Shown one piece after another: positions 52,220 to 62,700 of a stretch of 64,000 nt of DNA. The stretch spans positions 16,471 through 80,470 of the forward strand of contig CAVVYZ010000016.1 of NCBI GenBank assembly GCA_963752595.1. The letters run 5' to 3'. Position 1 is the first letter of the stretch. Every line of letters begins with the position of its first letter. Position numbers and translations under genes: made by a program. Source of the stretch: an uncultured delta proteobacterium (GTDB taxonomy: Bacteria > Desulfobacterota > Desulfomonilia > UBA1062). The notes beneath the pieces were generated by a model that worked only from the letters and a program-made list of their open reading frames with translations, was not told the origin of the DNA and made no database searches.

Positions 52220-54400
52220 ATGCGTGAAAACTGGAAAATAGTCCTCGTATGCCTGCTCCTTGCCGCAGCTGTTTTCGCGCTCTACTCGCAGGTGGCGGAC
52301 CACCCGTTTATCTGGCTCGACGACAAGCACTACATAAGCAATAATAATTATGTAAATGAAGGGTTCTCCCTCGAAAACCTCGCATGGTCTTTCAAGTTCT
52401 CCCAGTTCGGAGAAAAGACGTACTGGCATCCGTTTACGTGGATCTCCCACATGCTGGACTGCCAACTCTTCGGTTTGAATGCCGGGCTGCATCATCTGAG
52501 CAATGTCCTGCACCATGCGATCAATGCGATCCTGCTGTTCCTCGCCCTCCGCCTGATGACCGGTTCGCTGTGGAGGAGCGCATTCGCCGCCTCCCTCTTT
52601 GCCCTGCATCCGGTGAATGTGGACACCGTCGCATGGCTGGCCGAGCGAAAGAACCTCTTGAGCACCTCCTTCTGGGTCCTCACCATGATCGCTTACTGGT
52701 TCTACACGCAGAAGGTCAGTGCCTGGAGATACTGCCTCGTTGCCGTGGCCTTCTGTCTGGGACTGCTCTCCAAGCCCATGCTCATTACGCTCCCCTGTAC
52801 CCTGATCCTGCTGGATTACTGGCCGCTCAACCGGATATGGATCAAAGAAGGACAGACCGTGTTCCAGGCAGTGAAGTCCCGGGACTTCATGAAGCTGGCC
52901 CTGGAAAAGGTCCCCCTGCTCGCAATCTCTTTCGTGTTCGGGCTCATCACCGTCCATTCCCTGGCCGTCACCGATCAGTTCGTCGCCCAGCCGGTGCCCA
53001 TGGGCCTGAGAATCGAGAATGCCATTGTCTCCTATGCGATCTATCTTTCCAAGTTGGTCTGGCCGACGGGCCTGACGATATTCCACCCCTTCCCTATCCT
53101 TGTCCCTGCCTGGAAGGCGGTCGCATCCCTTGCCCTGCTCCTCGCGATTACCACGGCAGCAGTCCTTGCCTACAGGAAACTCCCGTATCTGGTCACCGGC
53201 TGGCTCTGGTTCCTCGGCACGTTCGTGACCGTCATCGGGGTCGTGCAGGGAGGCCTCTGGCCTGCGTATGCAGAGAGATGGGCCTATGTTCCCTATATTG
53301 GCCTGTTCGTCGCCATCGCCTGGCTGGGTCCTGACCTCCTGAGGGGTGTGAGGCACAAGGCAATGATCATGGGAGCCCTAGCATTCATTGCGCTGGGATC
53401 ATTTTCTGCCATATCCTGGCACCAGATCGGTTATTGGAAGGATGACTACACGCTTTTCCGCCACAGCCTGGATCTCGATCCTTTCAATTACCTTTCCCAC
53501 TCAGCCCTCGCCTCCCACTACATCGTCAAGAATGACTATGACAAGGCGGTCAGTCATTTCGCAGAGTCCCTCGTGATAAGCCCCGGTAACCCTTACATCA
53601 TGTACGAACAGGCTAATCTCCTGGTGAAGATGGGGAAGAAGGATGACGCTATCCGGACTCTTCAGGATGCCCTGCGCAGCAAGCCCAACCACATCGACGC
53701 CCGACTCAACCTTGGAAATCTCCTGTTGGAGAAAGGGGAACTCGATCAGGCCATCGAACACTACGATGCCATATCGCTCATAGATCCGGGAAATACCAAG
53801 GCCTACAACAACCTCGGGAATGCGTACCTGCAGAAATCGGACATGCTCAAGGCTGCGGAATATTTCAGGAAGGCGCTGCAGATACAGCCTGACTACACAG
53901 ATGCGCAAAATGGCCTCAAAAGACTGGAAGAGAGCCAATCCAGGTATAAAAAGGCCTCAGCAGCCCTTGAACGCGAAGTACAGGCCGATCCAGGCAACCC
54001 TGCGCTATATCTGAAACTGGCCGGCCTGAAACAGCAGCTAGGTGATGCCGAGGGGGCCATGGCAACCTATAGAAAAGTCCTGTCAATCAATCCTGATTCG
54101 GTCGGAGCCTTGTACGGTTTGGCCCTCATCCATGCAGGCAGGCAGGAGTATGGCCAGGCAATCGAGTCTCTGCAGGCTATCAGGAACATGCAGCCCTCGA
54201 ACCCTGAGAACTATTATAACCTCGCATGCATATACGCGAGGTGGAACAAGCCCGATGAGGCGGTTTCCTGGCTGAGGCAGGCAATCGACCACGGGTTCGG
54301 CGATCTTGATCTCATTCGTAGGGACCCTGATCTGGCCGGGATCAAGGACACCGATTATGTGAGGAATCTCATGGCTCAGGGCAGCCCTGCCGGAAAATAA
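52220..54400 (+). CDS. TMTC-like GT-C membrane glycosyltransferase with C-terminal TPRs
   Basis: F.WLDDKHYI, WHPFTWISHMLD, HHLSNVLHH, FALHPVNVDTVAWLAERK, GLLSKPM, LEKVP, AERWAYVP, then TPR repeats. Confidence 0.88.
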   Translation: MRENWKIVLVCLLLAAAVFALYSQVADHPFIWLDDKHYISNNNYVNEGFSLENLAWSFKFSQFGEKTYWHPFTWISHMLDCQLFGLNAGLHHLSNVLHHAINAILLFLALRLMTGSLWRSAFAASLFALHPVNVDTVAWLAERKNLLSTSFWVLTMIAYWFYTQKVSAWRYCLVAVAFCLGLLSKPMLITLPCTLILLDYWPLNRIWIKEGQTVFQAVKSRDFMKLALEKVPLLAISFVFGLITVHSLAVTDQFVAQPVPMGLRIENAIVSYAIYLSKLVWPTGLTIFHPFPILVPAWKAVASLALLLAITTAAVLAYRKLPYLVTGWLWFLGTFVTVIGVVQGGLWPAYAERWAYVPYIGLFVAIAWLGPDLLRGVRHKAMIMGALAFIALGSFSAISWHQIGYWKDDYTLFRHSLDLDPFNYLSHSALASHYIVKNDYDKAVSHFAESLVISPGNPYIMYEQANLLVKMGKKDDAIRTLQDALRSKPNHIDARLNLGNLLLEKGELDQAIEHYDAISLIDPGNTKAYNNLGNAYLQKSDMLKAAEYFRKALQIQPDYTDAQNGLKRLEESQSRYKKASAALEREVQADPGNPALYLKLAGLKQQLGDAEGAMATYRKVLSINPDSVGALYGLALIHAGRQEYGQAIESLQAIRNMQPSNPENYYNLACIYARWNKPDEAVSWLRQAIDHGFGDLDLIRRDPDLAGIKDTDYVRNLMAQGSPAGK

Positions 54401-54792
54401 TCGAGCAGATCTTCCGCCGGTTTTTGCGTTATCCGGAGATATCCGACCAGGAAGCGCAGATTGACTTTACCAGCAATCCATTTCTGCAATATGATGCCTC
54501 GGCGAAAGTGTATGCCGACCAAGCGTGCGACGCGGCGCAATGCTCATCCTGCGACGGGGCAAAATGCGGGTGGACCGACTATAAAAACTTCATCAACAAT
54601 CGGAAAAAATACCTCTATACATCCGCTTATCCTTATCCATGGACGGCTCTCGGATATACCTATGATTGGGGAAATCCTGATCATCATGTAGGGTTGAGCG
54701 AATTCGTCGTTCATGGTAAAAAAATGGATGGACGCAAAATATCGGTGAAGATCAAAGCGGTCACAACGACGGCAGCGTATTTCAGCAACTGA
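54401..54792 (+). pseudogene. 5'-truncated gene fragment (YPWTALGYTYDWG motif family)
   Basis: A coding-like C-terminus (PEI..YPWTALGYTYDWG..GLSEFVV) begins right after the upstream stop with no room for an RBS or N-terminus. Confidence 0.55.
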
Positions 54793-54826
54793 TATTCTGA
54801 ATAATTCCAAGAAAGGGTGACACTTC

Positions 54827-57627
54827 ATGAGTGCACAACTCAAAGGAATGAAAAGAACCATCGCTTGGCTGTTCCCCATTTTCTGCGCTTTCGTTTTCTC
54901 CTCCCTCGCATTCGCCGCTACGAATGAAGATTGCATGCAATGTCATTCGGATGAAAAGCTGACCACGAAGCGAAAAGGTCAAACCGTTTCCCTTTATGTC
55001 GATTTGAAGAAATTTGACCGGTCCGTTCACAAGCAGGCGGGATGCGCCGGCTGTCATCCGGATGCGGATGTCAAGGAATTCCCCCATCCCGAAACATTGG
55101 GACCCGTAAAATGCGGCACCTGCCATGACGATCAGAATAAGGAATTCAACGCCGGCATCCACGGAAAGGCGCTGGCGAAAAGAGAACCTTACGCGCCCAC
55201 CTGTTCCGAGTGTCACGGGAATCACTATATTCTACCCCAGAAGAATCCCAATTCCCTCACTTACAAAATGAATGTTCCCTTTCTTTGCGGGAAGTGTCAC
55301 CGGGAAGGCGCTCCCGTCGCCCGCACCTACAATATTTCAGAAAAAAATATTTTGGACAATTATTCCCAGAGTATTCACGGTGTCGGCTTATTCAAGCGGG
55401 GACTCATCGTCACCGCCACGTGCAACGATTGCCATGGAAATCACCTCATCCTTCCCCATACCGATTCCCGGGCGTCCACGTCTCCCTATAACATCGCCAA
55501 GACTTGCCAAGTTTGCCATACCAAGATCGAAGAAGTCCATACGAAAGTGATCCGGGGCGAAATGTGGGAAGAGAAGCCGGGAGCGATTCCCGCCTGTTCG
55601 GACTGCCATCTCTCCCACAAAATGCGCAAGGAAAGCATTGCGACCGGCCTGTCGGACCGGGTCTGTTTGAAATGTCACGCGAAGCAAACGCTCCATAAGG
55701 TTGTCGGGCGGACAGAAAATTTCCATGCATGTGGATGAGGCCGACATACAGAATTCCGTCCACAAGAACATCCCCTGTGTCAAATGCCATGCGGACATCA
55801 ATCCCCGTCTCCCCCGTCCCTGCCAGACCTCAGGCCGGATCGACTGCTCCGGCTGCCACGCCCAGATGGCGAAAGACTACTATGACAGCGCGCACGGGAA
55901 GGCGTACTATCTTAAAAAATCGGATGTCCCCTACTGCACGGATTGTCACGGCAGGCATCTTGTAGTCTCTCAGAAGAAGATGGATTCCCCCGTTTACAGG
56001 GCGAACATCCCCCGCCTTTGCGGCAAATGCCACGGCGTCAAAGGGAAGGCCGCCCGGGTGTCGCAAGTCGAAAAAGGGAACGTCGCCGTCGATTACGCCA
56101 CCAGCGTCCACGGGGTGGGATTGCAGCAAAAGGGTCTGCTCCCCTCCGCGATATGCACCGATTGCCATAACAGCCATCTCATCTTGGACCATAAGGATGA
56201 GCGCTCTTCGATCAATATCAAGAACGTTCCGGCCACCTGCGGCACCTGCCATCAGGGGATTTACAACACATTTGTCAAGAGCATCCACAGCCCCACCATC
56301 AGCCGGACAAAGGAACAACTGCCGACCTGCAAGGATTGCCACTCCTCTCATGAAATAAAGGTGAGCGCGCAGGATAAATTCCTGACCGAAGTGGCCGATC
56401 AATGCGGAAAATGCCATCAGGCTCTCGGGAAATCTTACCTGGACACCATGCACGGCAAGGCGTATCGATTGGGATATCTGAAATCGGCCAAATGTTCCGA
56501 TTGTCACGGGGCCCATGATATCCTGGGTGTGAACGATCCGAATTCCCATGTCGGCTTCAATCAGGTCGTCAAGACCTGCCAGAAGTGCCATCCCGATGCA
56601 AACCGGCGCTTTACCGGTTACCTGACCCACGCCACCCACCATGACAAGGCGAAATACCCGATTCTTTATCTCACCTTCTGGGCGATGACGTCCCTCCTCC
56701 TGGGAACTTTCGGTTTCTTCGGACTCCATACCTTGCTGTGGCTTCCGCGATCCTTTGCCCACTTGCGCAGCAGAAGGAATAAGGAAACCACCCACGAGAG
56801 GTATTATATCCGGCGTTTTACCGATTCCCAGCGCATTTCCCATTTGATCGTCATCCTCAGTTTTATGGGGTTGGCCCTGACGGGGATGGTCTTGAAATTT
56901 GCGGGTATGGCATTGGGCGAGGTGGGTTGCCGACCTGCTCGGCGGGGTTGAGTCGGCCGGCCGGATTCATCGGATTTCGGCGGTTCTTCTGATCGCTTTA
57001 TTCCTCTATCATATCTACTCTTTGATTAAACTGAAACTCCAAAGAAGAACACCGCTGAAACAATTCTTGTTCGGGCCGGATTCCATGCTGCCCAATGCGC
57101 AGGACTTGAAGGATTTTGTGGGCACCATGAAATGGTTCTTCGGAAAGGGACCGCGCCCCCGGTACGGCCATTGGACGTATTGGGAAAAATTTGATTATCT
57201 GGCCGTCTTCTGGGGTGTTCCCGTCATCGGATTATCGGGCCTGATGCTCTGGTTTCCGGAGATTTCCAGCCTGATCTTTCCGGGCTGGCTGATCAACGTG
57301 GCCACGATTGTTCACAGCGATGAGGCGCTGTTGGCCACCGGATTTATTTTTACGATTCACTTTTTCAATACCCATCTGCGTCCCGAGGGATTCCCGATGG
57401 ACCGGGTCATCTTCACCGGACTTGTTCATTTGAATGAATATCGCCTGGACCGGCCGCGGGATTATGAGGAGCAGAAAAAAGAGGGCCGATTGAAGAAGAA
57501 TATGGTCTTCAAGGAATTATCTCCCCGCTTCATCAAATTCGTTTACGGATTCGGATTCTTTTTCCTGGGTATAGGAATTCTGATCATTTTATTGATCATT
57601 TACTCCATGCTCTTCGGATATCGATAA
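54827..57627 (+). CDS. CbcL-like multiheme cytochrome c / cytochrome b fusion, 19 CxxCH motifs (frameshifts ~55710 and ~56910)
   Basis: Signal peptide; 9 CxxCH in 54827..55738 and 10 in 55701..56951; then an FdnI/HydC-type cytochrome b (QRISH..LALTG, IHR, WTYWEKFDYLAVFWG, IVHSDEALLA, IHFFNTH). Confidence 0.88.
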
Positions 57628-57841
57628 GACCGGTTGCCCGCTGCCCCCCAATGTCAACCTGCGGTATCCGGAGAAACCGGTCTACTTGACTCCATCACTA
57701 TTCCGGACCGGTGCGGACGGAGTTTCCAGCGATAACCGCAAAAATAAAGGTTGCCCTCGGGCGGGCAATAGTGTATGAAGCCCGACCGACTTGTGAACCA
57801 CGGGGATCACCCCTGTGGTTTTTTATTTGTGTGAGGAATTT

Positions 57842-59422
57842 ATGATCAACGTATCCAACGTCACCCTTGCCTACGGCAAGAAGGTGCTGTTCAAAGAGGT
57901 CAATATCAAATTCACGCCGGGGAACTGCTACGGCGTCATCGGCGCCAACGGTTCGGGGAAATCGACCTTCCTGAAGATCCTCTCCGGCGATGTGGAGCAG
58001 GACAAGGGCGAGGTCGCCATCGGCCCCCGGGAGAGGATCTCGGTGCTCAGCCAGGACCAGTTTGCCTTCGATGAGGAGACGGTCATCGACACCGTCATCA
58101 TGGGGCACAAACGGCTCTACGAGGTGATGGCCAGCCGTGAGGCGATCTACGCCAAACCCGAGTTTACGGAAGAGGACGGGGTCCTCTCCGCGGAACTGGA
58201 GGCGGAATTCGCCGAGATGAACGGGTATGAGGCCGAGTCCGAGGCGGCGGTGCTCCTCAAAGGCCTCGGCATCCCCGAATCGCTCTGCCCAAGGAAGATG
58301 AAGGAACTCGACGGGGGGGACAAGGTGCGCGTCCTTCTCGCCCGGGCCCTCTACGGCAATCCGGACGTGCTCCTCCTCGACGAGCCGACGAACCACCTGG
58401 ACCTCCGCTCCATCGCCTGGCTGGAGGATTTCCTCTGCCGGTTCCGGAACACGGTCATCGTCGTCTCCCATGACCGCCACTTCCTGAACCAGGTCTGCAC
58501 CCACATCGCGGATATCGATTTCGGCAAGATCCGGGTGTACGCGGGCAACTACGACTTCTGGTACCAGGCGAGCCAGCTCATCCTGAAGCAGAAGCAGAAT
58601 GAAAACCGCAAGGCCACCGAAAAGGCGGAGGACCTCAAGGCCTTCATCCAGCGGTTCAGCGCCAACGCCTCCAAGTCGAAGCAGGCCACGTCCCGGAAAA
58701 AGCTCCTGGAGAAGCTGACCATCGAGGATATGCCGGTTTCCTCGCGGAAGTACCCGTTCATCCAGTTCAAACCCGAGCGCCCCTGCGGGAACACCATCCT
58801 GGAGATCACGGGCCTCGGCAAGGAGATCCAGGGGGTATCCGTGTTGAACAACCTGAACCTCACCGTGAGGAAGGGGGACAAGATCGCCTTTGTCGGCAGC
58901 GACGGCCTGGCCAAGACCACCCTCTTCCAGATCCTGGCCGGGGAGATGGAACCGGACAGCGGCAGTTTCCGCTGGGGGCAGACGATCACCCCCGCCTATT
59001 TCCCGAAGGAGAACAGCGCTTACTTCCGGGGCGACCTGAACCTGGTCGACTGGCTCTGCCAGTTTCCCCCCTGCGACGGCGAGAGCTTCGCCAGGGGTTT
59101 CCTCGGGAGGATGCTCTTCTCGGGGGACGAGGCGCTGAAGAAGACCAGTGTCCTCTCCGGGGGAGAGCAGGTCCGCTGCATGCTCTCCCGGATGATGCTG
59201 ACCGGCGCCAACACCCTCATCCTGGACGAGCCGACGAACCACCTGGATCTCGAATCGCTCACCGCCCTGAACAACGGGCTCATCGCCTTTCCGGAGGTGC
59301 TGCTCCTGGCCTCCCGCGATCACGAGCTGGTATCCACCGTGGCGAACCGGATCGTGGAGATCACCCCCGACGGCGTGATCGACCGGGTGATGGGGTTTGA
59401 AGAGTACCTGGAAGCGGGTTGA
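57842..59422 (+). CDS. ABC-F family ATPase (YbiT/YkpA-like)
   Basis: Two NBDs and no TM segments: GANGSGKST, LLLDEPTNHLD, VVSHDRHFLN, LSGGEQVR, ILDEPTNHLD. Confidence 0.93.
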   Translation: MINVSNVTLAYGKKVLFKEVNIKFTPGNCYGVIGANGSGKSTFLKILSGDVEQDKGEVAIGPRERISVLSQDQFAFDEETVIDTVIMGHKRLYEVMASREAIYAKPEFTEEDGVLSAELEAEFAEMNGYEAESEAAVLLKGLGIPESLCPRKMKELDGGDKVRVLLARALYGNPDVLLLDEPTNHLDLRSIAWLEDFLCRFRNTVIVVSHDRHFLNQVCTHIADIDFGKIRVYAGNYDFWYQASQLILKQKQNENRKATEKAEDLKAFIQRFSANASKSKQATSRKKLLEKLTIEDMPVSSRKYPFIQFKPERPCGNTILEITGLGKEIQGVSVLNNLNLTVRKGDKIAFVGSDGLAKTTLFQILAGEMEPDSGSFRWGQTITPAYFPKENSAYFRGDLNLVDWLCQFPPCDGESFARGFLGRMLFSGDEALKKTSVLSGGEQVRCMLSRMMLTGANTLILDEPTNHLDLESLTALNNGLIAFPEVLLLASRDHELVSTVANRIVEITPDGVIDRVMGFEEYLEAG

Positions 59423-59725
59423 GCGACACAGCTGTTCCGGATCAAAAAGAGGAACAACCTCAAAAGAGTTTCATCCGGTTCATGCGTACTTCTGGGGTGA
59501 TAATCTTTTCAATTGAGCCTTGACTGACTTACAAAGTTGCAAGAATGATTGATCAAATATTTTAAGGATTTGCATTCGAAATGATTGAAGACGCGGAATT
59601 GATCGGCAAGAGGGCAGCCGCGATGTGTTTTACCGCGCAAATAACTGGTGCACCTTATAGGCGCTGCCACGTCATGATAGTGCTTTCGTAAACCTGCACG
59701 ATGTTTCTCAAGGATAGCGCTGAAT

Positions 59726-62700
59726 TTATGTTGGCCACTGAAACGTCAGGCGCCGTGCTAACTCTTGCATCCAGTGGGGTAATTGACCATTATGCTGGTT
59801 TTTATATTGTTGCCAGCTTGCTCGCCAATCCAAATCCACCACTGCATCAGGTGTGAACGTTGCGCAGCAGGCACGGCACATATCCAATAGCAACGCATAA
59901 GGTTCTTGTCGGCTAGCGACAAGTCATCCCAAGTGGAGAGCACAAGTTTGAAGGTTTCGGCGCGGGGGGGGCGGTTCAATAGCCCGGCATGCTTTTACAA
60001 AAGAAGTAAAAAACAGAAATAGGGCACGGCGAGGTATAGGTATTGTTGTCGGGATAAAGTTCAAATCCGGCAGATCTATTTTCTATCTTGATAATTACGT
60101 AACCAATTGATGAAATATACACTGCAGACGCTGGCGAACAGATCTTCATCAAAGCGGTCCGGGGCCTTGGCTGCCAATCGCTGACGAATCTCTAGGCCTT
60201 GTCGGGCGTACTCAAGGGCCTCCTCGTATTGACCTGTATCGAGTAATCGATCCGAATAATTGTTTAGTGACATTGCATAGTCTGGTTCATATTGATCCGG
60301 GTTTTTCTGAGCCAATCGCTGACGAATCTCCAGCGTTGTCGGGCGTACTTAAGGGCCTCCTCATATTTGCCTTCATCAAGTAATCCACTCGAATAGTTGT
60401 TTAATGACATTGCATAGTCGGGTTCTATCGATCCGGGTTTTTTTGAGCTAATCGATGACGAATATCCAAAGCCTGCTGATCGTATTTTAAGGCTTCTTCG
60501 TTTGACCTGCATTACTCAAGTAAACCGCGTAGTTATTTAATGATCCTGCATAGTCAGTACGTATCGATCGGTGATTTCTGAGCCAATCTGTGGCTAATAT
60601 CTATGGACTGTCGCGCATGCTTAAGGGCCTCTTCGTTTTGACCCGCTTTACTCAAGTGAGCCGCGTAGTTATTTAATGATCCTGCATAGTCAGGATCGAA
60701 TGATCTGGGTTTTTCTGAGCCAATCGGTGGTTAATATCTATGGACTGCCGTACATGCTTAAGGGCTTCTTCGTTTTGACCCGCTTTACTCAAGTCATCAG
60801 AATAGTTTAGTAAAGACATTGCATAGTTGGGTTCGTATTGATCTGGGCTTTTCTTAGCCAAACGGCAACGAATCTCCAAGGCCTCCTGATCATATTTGAG
60901 GGCTTCTTCATTTCGCCTTGCGCGACTCAAGTAAACCGCATAATTTATAATGACGTTGCATATTGTGGTTCATATCGATCCGGGTTTTTCTGAGCCAATC
61001 GGTGGTTAATATCTATGGCCTGCCGCGCATGCTTAAGGGCCTCTTCGTTTTGACCTGCACTATCCAAGTGAATCGCATAGTTGCTTAACGATCCCGCATA
61101 GTCGAACGCATAGAACTGTTGGTCTTTAGGGTTTAGCCGTTCGAAGAATTTGAGAGCCTCTTGAGCACATGCCAACGCTTGTTCATGACGACCGGCACGT
61201 CCTAAAGATAGGGAATAGTTATCTAAAGTTTTGGCATAATCGACTATGCAATCGGTTTGGGATGGTCTCTTGGTTAGCTTTTGATGCATTTTTGCCACGA
61301 GGAACTCCATCACAAGGCAACTGAGATCTGCAAGGTGCACCGATTCTTCATGAAAAAATCGTTCCAGCCAGCCTGCAACCTGGCTTTTCGATGCAGGCTG
61401 CAAGCGACTGAAAGCAGCTTCTGTCAAGGTGGATAACCGCCCTGGTGTTTCAATAGCCACGGCAATCATTTCTTTATAACAATGGGCAAACTGTCGTACC
61501 AAGGCATCCACGAGCGTCTCATGTAGATCTAAACGCTGGCCGGACAGACGGGCAAGCACTGTCAGGGCATAACGGCGAACAGACGCACCGGCACTGTTGG
61601 AAAGAACGGCATCCAGCAAGTCGGTACCTTCTGGACGAAGCAGAGCCTGGGCCACCAAGGCCTCACCAAGAAGATCGGGGCGCACCGCTTGCAGCCCCTG
61701 TTTACCTGGATAGAGCGGCACTAAGGCTTGAAATAAGGCTTTAAAATCGGCAGAGCTGAGGTTGCTGTTTGCTTTGGCCCAATAAGGCTCGGCGGCTCTG
61801 GGCGTGGCAAAGCCGCCTGCCAGTGTCGCAAGCGCCAGCAGTTGTAAGGCAAGGTGTTCCGGTTCGGCCCATCCGAAATGAGATAGCAATCTTCGCCAGT
61901 AGCGCCTCTCATGGTTTAAGAGTGCTTTGGTCAGCCCCTCTGCCGTCGTTGGGCGCTCACCATGAAGAGTCAGGAGGGCCAACATCTGCACGTAAAGAGG
62001 GCGTTCAAAATGCTCGCCTGCAAGTTCGGGGACCATGTCGGGGGCGGTTACGCCGAAGGCTTGGGCATATGCATGTAACGCTTGCCGGTAGGCTTGATTC
62101 CGATCAGGAGCGGTTGCGTGGAGTCCCGACAGACGGAAAGGACCCGATGTGGCATATCCGCTCAGAAGAGGTTCGCACTGATGGTCCTTACTGGGCAGGT
62201 TGTCCCACCATTCCCCGCCATCACGCGCCAGCAGTAGGATGCGCACGGTCTGGTCGACGGGGGTCTGTAATATCGCTCTAATAAGGGCGAGTAAGGTTGT
62301 CTGTCGTGTTTCAGCATAATCGATAATGATTAGAAGCGGCAGGTTGAAGTTGCGTAAGATTTGCCAATTGGTGGCCATATCCTTGGCGTCGATGGCGATA
62401 TCCAGGAAGCCTGCCTGCCACCCTGCCTTCAGTCGCTGTTGGCATAATTCCAAGGCCAGCCGTGTCTTGCCTAACCCGCCGGCGCCGGTGATCAGCCTTA
62501 CCGCCTGTGGCCATTGCGTATCGTCAAGCCAGCAGTTCAAGATGTCTAGTTCGGGCTGGCGGGCTGGGTCAAATTGTACGATGGATTCTTCAGCACGGAG
62601 CAACTGGCTGTCGGCAATGCCTGTGCCTAATTTCCAGGATTTCAGAGGAATTTGAAGTGGGGAAATGTGTGAAGGAATCGCAGAGACGATGCGAGAAGTG

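Noticed and set aside
59660-59673. GGCGCTGCCACGTC resembling an IS6-family terminal inverted repeat
   Set aside because: No partner repeat or transposase is present in the window, and the match is too short to support.
60150-61200. Possible CRISPR array
   Set aside because: The period is ~138 bp, similarity spans whole units, and the units encode TPRs; there are no unique spacers and no cas genes.
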